Sequence record: PQ671644.1
Length of the DNA: 64,000 nucleotides
Source of the DNA: Escherichia phage DCP80
Reading direction: 5' to 3' (one strand)
Shown: positions 27,415 through 35,762 of the stretch, in pieces
Numbering within the stretch: the first letter of the stretch is position 1
How the letters are laid out: each line of letters starts with the position of its first letter
Notes under the pieces: generated by a model
What the model was told of the DNA's origin: nothing
The model's input: the letters and a program-made list of their open reading frames with translations, nothing else
The model's database searches: none
Translations under genes and position numbers: made by a program

Positions 27415-27422
27415 ACGGTCTT

Positions 27423-27713
27423 TTAACGCTTTTTAAAACCACCGAAGAAGGTGCCAGATAATGATTGAGCGATTTTAGAAGCTTCATAGTTGTTTGATTC
27501 AACTTCACCATACTTCCAACCTTTACCAAGGAGTTTCAACCATTTCAATCTAGCGATTGTCACATCATGACCTGCGCAAAGGAGTTCAAATTCTTCCAGT
27601 TCATCATTAAGTAGATAAGCAAGTTTTTCTTTATCCACAGCGTATGTCCAATTGGTACCTTCGAATTCGAAGAAAACTGAATCACCGTGGGTTTCTACAT
27701 TTTTAATCTTCAT
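27423..27713 (-). CDS. Hypothetical protein (96 aa)
   Basis: ORF, start/stop-coupled to the upstream gene. Confidence 0.5.
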   Translation of the reverse strand: MKIKNVETHGDSVFFEFEGTNWTYAVDKEKLAYLLNDELEEFELLCAGHDVTIARLKWLKLLGKGWKYGEVESNNYEASKIAQSLSGTFFGGFKKR

Positions 27714-27904
27714 TAGATTTCCTTTACAATAAATTTATAAGTTACTTGGGACTCTTTAAAGACAGCTTCCGTTGCCCATTCTTCAGGTTTTTTCGAAAGC
27801 TCTGTGTGATAAAGCATTGCAGCTTCACCCTCTTGTGCTTCCAAAGCTTCTATGTAGCTTCGGCCTTCTTTAAGTTTAATAACACCGCAATCTATGATTC
27901 TCAT
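27713..27904 (-). CDS. Hypothetical protein (63 aa)
   Basis: ORF with ATGA overlap with the upstream small ORF. Confidence 0.5.
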   Translation of the reverse strand: MRIIDCGVIKLKEGRSYIEALEAQEGEAAMLYHTELSKKPEEWATEAVFKESQVTYKFIVKEI

Positions 27905-28050
27905 TTCTTGTCCAGTAGTTGTTGGTAAAATTCGATATGAGCATAAACATCTTGAATCCCGTGTAGGTAATCATCAAAGGTGATGTCCAGGTCTTCAAAG
28001 AAGTTATGATAAATTTCTTGTAGTTTGGTATAACCGTTTTCGTTAGTCAT
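27901..28050 (-). CDS. Hypothetical small protein (49 aa)
   Basis: ATG 26 nt downstream of the TATAAATA at 28076, with SD cgagg. Below the track cutoff. Confidence 0.4.
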   Translation of the reverse strand: MTNENGYTKLQEIYHNFFEDLDITFDDYLHGIQDVYAHIEFYQQLLDKK

Positions 28051-28075
28051 AAGTACCTCGTTGTTTTCATAATTT

Positions 28076-28083
28076 TATTTATA
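28076..28083 (-). promoter_or_regulatory. T4-type late promoter TATAAATA
   Basis: The reverse complement reads agTATAAATAaaattatgaaaac. Confidence 0.65.
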
Positions 28084-28087
28084 CTGA

Positions 28088-28216
28088 TTAATACTGGTTT
28101 AAATGGCGCCACAACGTGGTTCTGGATATACTATGTTTCTTCAGAACAGATTTCTTATCTTTACGACGAGCATTTTTATACTCGTCTGCAATTTGATTTA
28201 ACTTCTCGTTGGTCAT
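28088..28216 (-). CDS. Possible small HTH protein (42 aa)
   Basis: TAATG-coupled to the upstream ORF. Contains SISRTTLWRHL, an HTH-like segment. Confidence 0.3.
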   Translation of the reverse strand: MTNEKLNQIADEYKNARRKDKKSVLKKHSISRTTLWRHLNQY

Positions 28217-28947
28217 TAAAATTTTACGCATAACAGGTTGTCCAGTTGGTCTTCATGGGTTTCGATTAAGATTTCAGATTCCAGAGCTTCAGCAGCCTGA
28301 ATCATTGTGGCAGTATCACCACCAGCTTTAGCAACGTGAATCACAGTATCGAATTTACGTTTGTAAAGATTTTTCAGTTTAACTTCTTTAGTTTTCTGTG
28401 CAAAGTGTTTTTCAGATTTACGTTTAACTTCAACCAGTTCTTCTTTAACAACTTCAACTTCTTCTTCAGCTTCCTGGATAGCAACGTTTGCTTTCTTCAG
28501 AGCAGCATGTTGTGCACGAATGATTTCCATCATTTCTTCCACAGATAATTCCTCAAGATTGTTGATGTCAAATTTGACAACTTCTTTCTTTTCAACATGG
28601 TGATTAGAATTAACGGTATCGATTTCGTAAATCCAAGTTTTGTCACCGCGACGAGTCATTTCCAGGTTCTGCTGGATATAACCTTTACCTACTTTGTGAA
28701 TCACACGAGCTGAATTCCAATCAGTATGAACTACACAGATTGAATTTTCAAATTCTGCAACAAAGTAATCTCCCTCACCAAAATCAACTGCTTTAGCTTT
28801 AACTGCACGATACAGAGAACGATTAGCTGAACCAATTTCTTGTAACAAAGATTTAACAGAACTAGCATGAATTACTTTGGTTGCATTTTGTACAGACATG
28901 TTGCTTTCAGCTTGGTTTTCGCATTTTTTAAAAAGTTTGATAATCAT
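28216..28947 (-). CDS. Hypothetical protein with an acidic coiled-coil centre (243 aa)
   Basis: ORF with SD aaggaaa. Confidence 0.55.
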   Translation of the reverse strand: MIIKLFKKCENQAESNMSVQNATKVIHASSVKSLLQEIGSANRSLYRAVKAKAVDFGEGDYFVAEFENSICVVHTDWNSARVIHKVGKGYIQQNLEMTRRGDKTWIYEIDTVNSNHHVEKKEVVKFDINNLEELSVEEMMEIIRAQHAALKKANVAIQEAEEEVEVVKEELVEVKRKSEKHFAQKTKEVKLKNLYKRKFDTVIHVAKAGGDTATMIQAAEALESEILIETHEDQLDNLLCVKF

Positions 28948-28986
28948 GTGTTTTCCTTTATTTGTTAATCGTGTTATTATTTAGAA

Positions 28987-29136
28987 TTAAAAAGTGATGT
29001 GTAATTCTTTGTTGATTTCAAAGATGACAGTTGCTAATGTCAAGTTGTGTTCTTTACACCAATCAGCACGTTTAGCCGGTGGCAATTTGTTTAACGCACA
29101 GAAGATTTTCATTAATTTAATCTGATAAGAATTCAT
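28987..29136 (-). CDS. Hypothetical small protein (49 aa)
   Basis: ATG with SD gaggt, 73 nt downstream of the TATAAATA at 29209. Confidence 0.35.
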   Translation of the reverse strand: MNSYQIKLMKIFCALNKLPPAKRADWCKEHNLTLATVIFEINKELHITF

Positions 29137-29208
29137 GGTGACCTCAAGTGTTTCGATGTTTGTTAGGGTTTAAAAAAGAGGTTGTTCACCTCGTCGCTTT
29201 CATACATT

Positions 29209-29216
29209 TATTTATA
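29209..29216 (-). promoter_or_regulatory. T4-type late promoter TATAAATA
   Basis: The reverse complement reads gtgTATAAATAaatgtatgaaagc. Confidence 0.65.
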
Positions 29217-29225
29217 CACTAATTT

Positions 29226-29750
29226 TCGGCTCATTAGACAATCAGAAAAGTTCAATCCGGATTCAATCGCGTCAGGAGAATTTCCATGATAATATTTATC
29301 TCTTTATACTCACAAAAAACATTGAAACACATTTTGCAGTTTTTGGACTTTTAATCAAAAAAGGCTGTTTTTGATATTTCCGGGGGGTGCCTATGCCTTC
29401 CGGAGCACTTTTTGAGGCAAAAGTTATAAGAAACCTATTTTAATATATCAAAAGGTAATAACAAAGGCCTTTTTTCCCTCAAAAAACGTCAGAAAAAGGC
29501 TGTTTTTTCAGCTTATTTTGAGCCTTTTTTGAAGGTTCATTTTTGGGACTTTTAATCAAAAAACAAGGGAATTTTTCGGGAGCAGTACAGGGGTACTATC
29601 AGATGATAGGAGCTATCATTTAGAAGGGAGAATTGTGATTACTTATGACCGTTATACGATTGTATCGCGATTATTTGGTCAAATAACGACGAAATAATCA
29701 AAATAAATCATCGAAACACTTAGAAAACAGGCTGTTTTAGGTATAAAAAT
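29226..29750. repeat. ORF-free roughly 525-bp region with dispersed repeats
   Basis: ggacttttaatcaaaaaa occurs at 29345-29362 and 29546-29563. aaaa(a/c)aggctgtttt occurs at 29358, 29493 and 29724. T/A-tract rich. Confidence 0.8.
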
Positions 29751-29766
29751 GGCCCCTTTCGGAGCC
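29751..29766 (-). terminator. Hairpin plus T-run terminator (minus strand)
   Basis: mRNA ggctccgaaaggggcc followed by attttt, 7 nt after the stop at 29773. Confidence 0.6.
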
Positions 29767-29772
29767 TAAAAT

Positions 29773-29940
29773 TTATTTCATACGCAGGTATTTTTCATAA
29801 CTAACTTTTGACAGAGCCAAATAGTAAGCTGCATCTTTTTCTCCCGATAATTTACCTTCAGCAACTGTTGCACAATCTTCTTTGAAAGTTGCTTCCCAGG
29901 AAAATCCATCAAGCCAATCGGAAAATTGTTGTTCGTTCAT
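29773..29940 (-). CDS. Hypothetical protein (55 aa)
   Basis: Start moved to M14 (SD gaggt), adjacent to the stop of the upstream ORF. Confidence 0.45.
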   Translation of the reverse strand: MNEQQFSDWLDGFSWEATFKEDCATVAEGKLSGEKDAAYYLALSKVSYEKYLRMK

Positions 29941-29941
29941 A

Positions 29942-30148
29942 TTAACCTCTGTAATGTCTGTTGTAATGGTGTACTGCAATTTCTGTGCAAAGGTCTTCGA
30001 AGACCAATGGGATTATGTTTTCTCGGTAGACAACATAACTGTACTGTCTGTAGGTGTAGACCTCTTTATATTTCTCGAAGAACATAAACAGGTCTTGATT
30101 AGCTGTAACTTCTAACGGGGTGATTTTCCCGGCTGCATCAACTATCAT
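29942..30148 (-). CDS. Hypothetical protein (68 aa)
   Basis: ORF with SD aaggagg. Confidence 0.5.
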   Translation of the reverse strand: MIVDAAGKITPLEVTANQDLFMFFEKYKEVYTYRQYSYVVYRENIIPLVFEDLCTEIAVHHYNRHYRG

Positions 30149-30288
30149 ACTTCCTCCTTATTAACTTAATAATAGGCTCCCGCTCAGAAACCTATGATAA
30201 GGTACCACACATGAATTTAATCAAAGGTCTTCACATCACTAAAGACCTTTTGTTAAACACATGAATCAGGTCATCACTCCTGATACTT

Positions 30289-30606
30289 TTATTTATAACG
30301 GGATTTATTCATCCATTCAAATATGCCAGGGTTCCATTCGATGTTACCCATCGCTACATAATGATTGATTGCTTCTCGCAGAGACACCTGGAAGAATTCG
30401 GATTCGTCAAGTAATGAAACAATGATTTCCCCTTGTGCCTGTAAATCATCAACTGTCATCATGGAAAGAATTTCATATGCTGATTGAATTTCGTCTTCTG
30501 TGAAATCTGTGTCGAACCAATCATTAAGGTTATCATCAGATTTGTAATTATTGTAATAAGCCATACCTTCGATAACCAGATTGATAATTTCATTTACGTT
30601 GTTCAT
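30289..30606 (-). CDS. Hypothetical acidic protein (105 aa)
   Basis: Start moved to M55 of the track ORF. The longer ORF crosses the N gap and the promoter. Confidence 0.55.
   Translation of the reverse strand: MNNVNEIINLVIEGMAYYNNYKSDDNLNDWFDTDFTEDEIQSAYEILSMMTVDDLQAQGEIIVSLLDESEFFQVSLREAINHYVAMGNIEWNPGIFEWMNKSRYK
30290..30297 (-). promoter_or_regulatory. T4-type late promoter TATAAATA overlapping the upstream gene's stop
   Basis: The reverse complement reads cgTTATAAATAaaagtat. Confidence 0.55.
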
Positions 30607-30710
30607 AATTTTCTCTTTGTGTTTGGTTGATATGATAATGATACACCCTTTTGATGAGGTTGTAAACCCCTTATTGCAAATACATCTGGCATTGAAACAA
30701 ATAAATGCCA
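30600..30710. repeat. Second copy of the 111-nt repeat (identical to 1..111)
   Basis: See the feature at 1..111. Confidence 0.95.
30638..30666 (-). promoter_or_regulatory. T4-early-type sigma70 promoter
   Basis: ggTTTACA-17nt-TATCAT. The architecture is nearly the same as the promoter at 59314-59342 (ggtttaca.c..ca..aaaagggtgta..attatc). Confidence 0.6.
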
Positions 30711-30720
30711 NNNNNNNNNN
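30711..30720. other. Assembly gap (N10)
   Basis: Run of n. Confidence 1.
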
Positions 30721-30832
30721 CTTTGACCTTGACAATAGTTCCAAGGTAAGCGCCATGATACCAAACATCCCAACCCTCTTGAGTAGGTTCTACACAAGCG
30801 CGCAATTCATTAACAATATTCAGCTTATTCAT
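30721..30832 (-). CDS. Hypothetical protein, 3'-truncated by the gap
   Basis: ATG at 30832 with SD gaggaa. MNKLNIVNELRACVEPTQEGWDVWYHGAYLG... runs into the N10 gap. Confidence 0.4.
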
Positions 30833-30839
30833 AATTTCC

Positions 30840-31448
30840 TCACTTTAAGATGTTAATAACATGTTGAATGTTTTCAGTTGACATAACGTTGTCAATGTAG
30901 GTATTCAATCCACCCACTTTAACGCTAAATCCCACGTCTGTAAACTGTTTTACTATCTTTTGTTCAGTATTATACGCATGTACGCGAATCTGACCATCAC
31001 GACGAACATCAATCTGTTTTAATGTCTTGACGCGCTTGAACTTCACAATCAGATTGCTGCGGTCTTCTGAAATGCTCTTAAAGTCAATACCAATAGACAA
31101 CAATTGCTCTTTGATATATTCTGCAGTCGCTTCCATTTCATCAGTCACACCGCGTTTTGTTCTTGTCTTCTTCACTTCCAGAAGGTCAGGATTATTTTCA
31201 TTCGCCCAAAGTTCAGCTGCATCCAGAATAAGGTCAACACCCTTTTCTGTAATCATCAAACCATCACCAGAAGCTTCAACATAGTTGTTATTCAACAAGG
31301 TCTGCACACTATCAATTGATGTGTTCTGCTGGTCTAAAACAACCTCTGGACTCACGAAGTTGTTTTTGTATACAAACACCAGAGCATTGACATCAGTCTC
31401 ATGCAGCGCGTTCTGGGAGCATTTAACGATATAATTTAACTTGTTCAC
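30840..31448 (-). CDS. motA: Middle-transcription activator MotA
   Basis: Aligns with remembered T4 MotA: YIVKCSQNALHE, SGDGLMITEKG, ENNPDLLEVKKTRTKRG.TDEME, QFTDVGFSVKV and ENIQHVINIL. Adjacent to gene 52, as in T4. Confidence 0.75.
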   Translation of the reverse strand: MNKLNYIVKCSQNALHETDVNALVFVYKNNFVSPEVVLDQQNTSIDSVQTLLNNNYVEASGDGLMITEKGVDLILDAAELWANENNPDLLEVKKTRTKRGVTDEMEATAEYIKEQLLSIGIDFKSISEDRSNLIVKFKRVKTLKQIDVRRDGQIRVHAYNTEQKIVKQFTDVGFSVKVGGLNTYIDNVMSTENIQHVINILK

Positions 31449-31450
31449 AA

Positions 31451-31666
31451 TTATCCCTTAATAGATTTCATATAATTTGATGCATATGATTGTACCACAG
31501 TACGTTTCATATGGGAAGTAGAAACAATCACATCAATCGCTTGTTTGCGTTCTTCTTTAGAATTCGCCAGTTTGAACATATCAAAGTAGTAGTAACAAGC
31601 TTCTTTGTTAGATTTGAATTTAGCGTTGATGTATTCTTGACCTTCATTCTGTTGTGCAGTAAACAT
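31451..31666 (-). CDS. Hypothetical protein (71 aa)
   Basis: ATG (M5 of the track ORF) with SD ggag, downstream of an early promoter. Confidence 0.5.
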   Translation of the reverse strand: MFTAQQNEGQEYINAKFKSNKEACYYYFDMFKLANSKEERKQAIDVIVSTSHMKRTVVQSYASNYMKSIKG

Positions 31667-31715
31667 TTTATTCTCCAAAGTTTTTATGATTCATTGTGTA
31701 ACTCAGTATGGAATC

Positions 31716-31744
31716 ATTATGCCTCATGACCATCTGGTTGTACA
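31716..31744 (-). promoter_or_regulatory. Early sigma70-type promoter
   Basis: agtagTGTACA-17nt-CATAATga. The same family occurs at 34142, 35133, 35723, 40871, 59005 and in the right-arm copies. Confidence 0.6.
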
Positions 31745-31765
31745 CTACTTTTTTAAAATAAAAAA

Positions 31766-31781
31766 GGACCCCGAAGGGTCC
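31766..31781 (-). terminator. C(UUCG)G hairpin plus T-run
   Basis: Plus strand aaaaaaggaccccgaagggtcc. Confidence 0.7.
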
Positions 31782-31879
31782 TAGTCTTTATCTATCTTAT
31801 TACCAATAAACATACCAACAATCACACCTGCGATTGCCGCAAAAATACAAAGCAATGCAAACTCAACTCCAAAACTCAT
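31781..31879 (-). CDS. Small membrane peptide (32 aa)
   Basis: ATGA overlap with the gene 52 stop, SD ggagg. Hydrophobic FALLCIFAAIAGVIVGMFIG. Confidence 0.35.
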   Translation of the reverse strand: MSFGVEFALLCIFAAIAGVIVGMFIGNKIDKD

Positions 31880-33255
31880 AGAGCCTCCAAATCATTAAGG
31901 TATTCAGTTTTAACATCAGTTGTCTTCCAGTACTCATGCTCAGCTTTCTTAGCCTTTGCTTCGTCTGCAAGCTTCTTGGCTTCATCAGAGGTCATATGGT
32001 AGATGTTCATTGCCACTAACTTCTCTGCATAATCGCCATATATTTCACTCGCCTGGAGTTCCTCAATCAACTTCTTACGAGGTTTCCCCTGGATAACAAC
32101 CTTACCGTCAATCACTTCTTTAATAAAGAAGACTTTTGCCCGGGCCAGTTTAAATGCTGCTTCAGTTTCTTTAATCTTACTGTCAATTCGCACTTGAACA
32201 TAAGTCTTACGGACATCAACGAAATCGCGAATCAGGTCAAGCGTGTTGGTGTATTCAGCCAGCTTGCCTTTGTGATTAAGCACTGTTAAGTTTTGGGAGA
32301 GCTTCTCAATCAGACCAAAGTCTTTCATGATTTTCTCATGATTTTCTTCTTCAGTACCATCCAGCTTGTATTCTTTGCGGAATTTAATCTTAAACCCAAA
32401 ACCATGCTCGCCGCAGTTATCTTTCCAGGTGATAAAACCTTTCTCTTCCAGCGGGTCCAGGATTTTACTTGTATACTTTTCTAGGTTCCATTGGACCGGG
32501 ATTTCAGTAATTTCCATTTGGGTCCTGGAAGTCATTTTGTACGTGCCATGAAGCTCATACTTACCAGGCTCTTCCAGCTCAACCACTTCACCACGGAATT
32601 CTGGATATTTTACTTTCGGCGCAACCGGCTCACGACCTTCCACGATAGCTTTAACAGCTTCCTTGACGTCCTGGAACGAATGAGGAAGAATATCAGTAGC
32701 GAAGCCAACAGCAATCCCAGAAGTGGCGTTAAGTAATACAGTAGGAATAACAGGAAGATAAAAAGCAGGAGGCTTATGTTCTTCATCAGGATGGACCGGA
32801 GCATATTCTGTATCCTTAAACAAGTTATAAAAGTTCTTTGAAACCCGTGCGAATACATAACGAGCTGATGATGCTTCTGGCACCATTCTGGAACCAAAGT
32901 TGCCTTGTCCATCAAACATGGGGTATTCATTTTTATATGTTGCGACCAGACCAGAAGTTGCTTCTTCCGCTGATGCTTCACCATGGTGATAACCATAATC
33001 AGCTACGCCGCCGGCGATGGATGCAACTTTATGGAATTTATTCTTATCACCGCGCGCCAGGTCTAATGCTCTCGCCATAACAAATCTGTGAACTGGTTTA
33101 AAACCATCAATCATGTTTGGGATTGCGCGACCTTCCACAGTGTAGATAGCATATGATAATGCTTCCACATCAATAATGTCTTTTAGACTGCGTGGGTTAA
33201 GGGTCCCCATTGAATCACTGAACTGTTTGGACATCATACTTAAAACGTCAGACAT
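31876..33255 (-). CDS. 52: DNA topoisomerase II medium subunit (T4 gp52, GyrA-like)
   Basis: GyrA/ParC N-terminal motif IDGFKPVHRFV. The 459-aa size and the position next to motA match T4 gp52. Confidence 0.85.
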   Translation of the reverse strand: MSDVLSMMSKQFSDSMGTLNPRSLKDIIDVEALSYAIYTVEGRAIPNMIDGFKPVHRFVMARALDLARGDKNKFHKVASIAGGVADYGYHHGEASAEEATSGLVATYKNEYPMFDGQGNFGSRMVPEASSARYVFARVSKNFYNLFKDTEYAPVHPDEEHKPPAFYLPVIPTVLLNATSGIAVGFATDILPHSFQDVKEAVKAIVEGREPVAPKVKYPEFRGEVVELEEPGKYELHGTYKMTSRTQMEITEIPVQWNLEKYTSKILDPLEEKGFITWKDNCGEHGFGFKIKFRKEYKLDGTEEENHEKIMKDFGLIEKLSQNLTVLNHKGKLAEYTNTLDLIRDFVDVRKTYVQVRIDSKIKETEAAFKLARAKVFFIKEVIDGKVVIQGKPRKKLIEELQASEIYGDYAEKLVAMNIYHMTSDEAKKLADEAKAKKAEHEYWKTTDVKTEYLNDLEAL

Positions 33256-33263
33256 ATATCACC

Positions 33264-33404
33264 TTACCAGATTAACGAATGTACTGCCATTATAGCATCA
33301 GAAATAAAAAGCACAACCTGCACTAATGCAAATACAACTCCATAATATAGCGCTACCAATAAGGCAGCAAGGGCTAACGAGTAGCCCAGGATTTTCTTAA
33401 TCAT
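33264..33404 (-). CDS. Small membrane protein (46 aa)
   Basis: Hydrophobic ORF overlapping the upstream ORF's end. No clear SD. Confidence 0.3.
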   Translation of the reverse strand: MIKKILGYSLALAALLVALYYGVVFALVQVVLFISDAIMAVHSLIW

Positions 33405-33558
33405 TTTTAATCATCTTAAGTAAACCGACAAAAGTAGAAAGAATCCAGCCAATAAACAGAAAACTTAAGAATAGCGGACCAGGGGTCCAGACTCCTAAAA
33501 AGAAGCAGACTGAACAAACCACGGCAATAATAAGTTCGATAAAAGCCAGAATAATCAT
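33397..33558 (-). CDS. Small membrane protein (53 aa)
   Basis: Start at M8 with SD gagga. Two hydrophobic segments. Confidence 0.4.
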   Translation of the reverse strand: MIILAFIELIIAVVCSVCFFLGVWTPGPLFLSFLFIGWILSTFVGLLKMIKND

Positions 33559-33647
33559 ATTTTCCTCAAGGGCGTCCAAAGACGCCAGTTAATTTAAGAT
33601 TATGGCGATGCCATTGCATCACATGTTCATTATGGAAATTACTCATA

Positions 33648-34097
33648 TTAATAACTCTGCAGAATGAATTTAAAGTTATCAGCAAGCATGCGATTCATTT
33701 CTGAAAGGGTCTGGCAATCAGAACTATGTGAGCGAGTGAACGCCATCGCAATTTGACCTTTACCATAACCAGTTGTCAGGGGTTTCATTTTAGAAACTGG
33801 AACAAACAGGACTTCATAGATAACACCATTGTTCGCCATTGTGCGCGACAGTTGCGAACGCTGTTTGCGGATGTGACTTAATACAGTGTCAAACCCTTGT
33901 TGTGAACGTTGGTTACCAACGTAAAAACGTGCAGCAACAATACGTGATTCGCCTTCACCCTTAACTACAAAATAAAAACCTGGTTGAGTGATAGCTTCTT
34001 TAGTTGGACGCCCTGCAACATAATTACCATTATGGATATAAGCAACAGTGGTAGCGCCAGCATTCAGTACGTCACGACGGGTCATGTAAGTATTCAT
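33648..34097 (-). CDS. ndd: Ndd-like nucleoid disruption protein
   Basis: 149 aa. The blocks [39 protein letters not shown] and [10 protein letters not shown] resemble my recollection of T4 Ndd. Lies between rIIB and 52, as in T4. Confidence 0.5.
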   Translation of the reverse strand: MNTYMTRRDVLNAGATTVAYIHNGNYVAGRPTKEAITQPGFYFVVKGEGESRIVAARFYVGNQRSQQGFDTVLSHIRKQRSQLSRTMANNGVIYEVLFVPVSKMKPLTTGYGKGQIAMAFTRSHSSDCQTLSEMNRMLADNFKFILQSY

Positions 34098-34141
34098 ATT
34101 AATTTCCTCAGTAAGTTAAAGTTTTGTGCTCCAGTGGGGTC

Positions 34142-34170
34142 ATTATACTCTGACCCCAAGAGTATGTACA
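34142..34170 (-). promoter_or_regulatory. Early sigma70-type promoter
   Basis: atagTGTACA-17nt-TATAATga. Confidence 0.6.
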
Positions 34171-34515
34171 CTATTTTTGAAGTTGTTCTAAAATAAATCC
34201 GCTGGTGTAAAGGCTTGCATTATACAGGCGGTCAAGAGACAACGAATCCAATCCATAAGCTTCGCGAATTGCATTGATAGCACTCTCATAACTTGTATAA
34301 TAAACATCGCGATAATCGCGGTCCATAGTCATGCGGAACTTAATAAATTTGTAGAAACCAGTTTCAGGGTCCTGATAGAATGCAAATTCTGCAGACATCA
34401 AATTTTTAAGGTTAACAGCTTTTGTACCACCTGAATAACTTAAATCAAATGCTTCTGATACGCTAATCTGTTTAAAGAACATAATGTTGCGATTACCAAA
34501 AAATACTTTAGACAT
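34171..34515 (-). CDS. Hypothetical protein (114 aa)
   Basis: ORF with SD gagga. Confidence 0.5.
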   Translation of the reverse strand: MSKVFFGNRNIMFFKQISVSEAFDLSYSGGTKAVNLKNLMSAEFAFYQDPETGFYKFIKFRMTMDRDYRDVYYTSYESAINAIREAYGLDSLSLDRLYNASLYTSGFILEQLQK

Positions 34516-34530
34516 AATATTTTCCTCAGC

Positions 34531-34776
34531 TTATTCAGGGTCTACTGCGCCATCCCACAAGTCAACTTCTTCTGATGATTCCATCAGTTCATCAACTGTG
34601 AAGCACTCAGTATTATTTTCAATTGCAAAACGCTTCTGATAAAAAGGATAATCCAAACAGTTTTCAGTGCGCACTGGACGCTCGCTGTTATCCATTAAAG
34701 GCGAAATGCGAATCAGTTGTTGACCATTACCCAGGACAAATTTTTCACCAACTGCAACGTCTTTAAAAAGTTTCAT
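34531..34776 (-). CDS. Hypothetical protein (81 aa)
   Basis: ORF. Confidence 0.5.
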   Translation of the reverse strand: MKLFKDVAVGEKFVLGNGQQLIRISPLMDNSERPVRTENCLDYPFYQKRFAIENNTECFTVDELMESSEEVDLWDGAVDPE

Positions 34777-34979
34777 TGCTTAGCTCCATTCCAAATTACA
34801 TCAACAACAGACTTCAAACCATTATCCTGGATTTGTGTGAATACTTCAGCAGCAATCCAGACCTGGAAACCAATCATTGCAATGGCACCAATGAAAATCA
34901 GGATAATCATTGCCACAATAAACTTGAACATAAAGTCAAAGCGACGATTGGATTTCTGAAAGTGTGAATTGTAATTCAT
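34773..34979 (-). CDS. Membrane protein (68 aa)
   Basis: Start at M17 with SD gagga. TM segment FKFIVAMIILIFIGAIAMIGFQVWIAA. A truncated copy lies at 49644..49790. Confidence 0.5.
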   Translation of the reverse strand: MNYNSHFQKSNRRFDFMFKFIVAMIILIFIGAIAMIGFQVWIAAEVFTQIQDNGLKSVVDVIWNGAKQ

Positions 34980-34989
34980 AATATTATCC

Positions 34990-35106
34990 TCAAAAGAAAT
35001 AGTTAAAGTAAACACGTACATGGTCAATCATAAAAATAATTGGGAAAATGCTCAGGACAACAAACAATACAAACATGTTCCAAATGGCTTTAAGTAACTT
35101 TTTCAT
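34990..35106 (-). CDS. Small membrane protein (38 aa)
   Basis: SD ggaga. Conserved in the right arm (49360..49476). Confidence 0.4.
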   Translation of the reverse strand: MKKLLKAIWNMFVLFVVLSIFPIIFMIDHVRVYFNYFF

Positions 35107-35132
35107 AATCATCTCCAGTAGTTGATAGGTTC

Positions 35133-35160
35133 ATTATACTACAACCACCGGAGATGTACA
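35133..35160 (-). promoter_or_regulatory. Early sigma70-type promoter
   Basis: gagTGTACA-16nt-TATAATga followed by the leader tcaactactggaga. Confidence 0.6.
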
Positions 35161-35251
35161 CTCTTTTATGCAAGTTTCATTAATAATAAACTAAAACAAA
35201 CGCAAATTACTGGAATACACAACATCCAGATAAGACACCAGGTTTTGCTGC

Positions 35252-35518
35252 TCAAAATATCACCTCTTTTATTTCAATCAGACCCCTGTGCAATGCGGTG
35301 CGAAGGTCATAAAGAATATCTATGCCATCAACATTATCCAGTTTTCCATCAATAAGCTTTTTTAAATCATGCTTTGATGCAACTAGCGGGCGAAGAAATT
35401 TACATTCAGAAAGAGACAATTCTGTAGTAATATCATCACCATCACCTGACGCATCATACATGGCAGCAACAACCATACCTGTAACTTTGTGCTTGGCGTA
35501 ATATAATTTAATATCCAT
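35252..35518 (-). CDS. Hypothetical protein (88 aa), KLYYAKHKVTG family
   Basis: Start at M25. Homologue of 48949..49215 and paralogue of 48689..48952. Confidence 0.5.
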   Translation of the reverse strand: MDIKLYYAKHKVTGMVVAAMYDASGDGDDITTELSLSECKFLRPLVASKHDLKKLIDGKLDNVDGIDILYDLRTALHRGLIEIKEVIF

Positions 35519-35528
35519 TCTGTTTTCC

Positions 35529-35684
35529 TCACGCATAACGATTGTATGTATTTTTACGACAAGCGTAAAATTGACGCTCAGTAACTGCAAAACTTTTTCC
35601 GCGTTGTTGCATTAATTTAAAAAATTCAGTAATATCGCCATTAACTTCAAGGTATAAAGTCATTGCATATTGAGCAGGTTTCAT
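35529..35684 (-). CDS. Hypothetical small protein (51 aa)
   Basis: SD ggag. Present only in the left arm (replaced by 48689..48952 in the right arm). Confidence 0.35.
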   Translation of the reverse strand: MKPAQYAMTLYLEVNGDITEFFKLMQQRGKSFAVTERQFYACRKNTYNRYA

Positions 35685-35722
35685 TTTATTCTCCAGTCTG
35701 TTTGGTAACTCAGTATGGAATC

Positions 35723-35751
35723 ATTATGCACTGACTCCATACTGATGTACA
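35723..35751 (-). promoter_or_regulatory. Early sigma70-type promoter
   Basis: agtagTGTACA-17nt-CATAATgattccatactgagttac. Confidence 0.6.
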
Positions 35752-35762
35752 CTACTTTTTAA

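Noticed and set aside
30289-30768. Track ORFs that read through N runs (30289-30768, 30581-30856, 30603-30797, 40937-41254, the 56311-56928 tail, 56695-56910 and 62797-63031)
   Set aside because: The X residues come from assembly gaps of unknown content. I trimmed these to the supported parts or dropped them.
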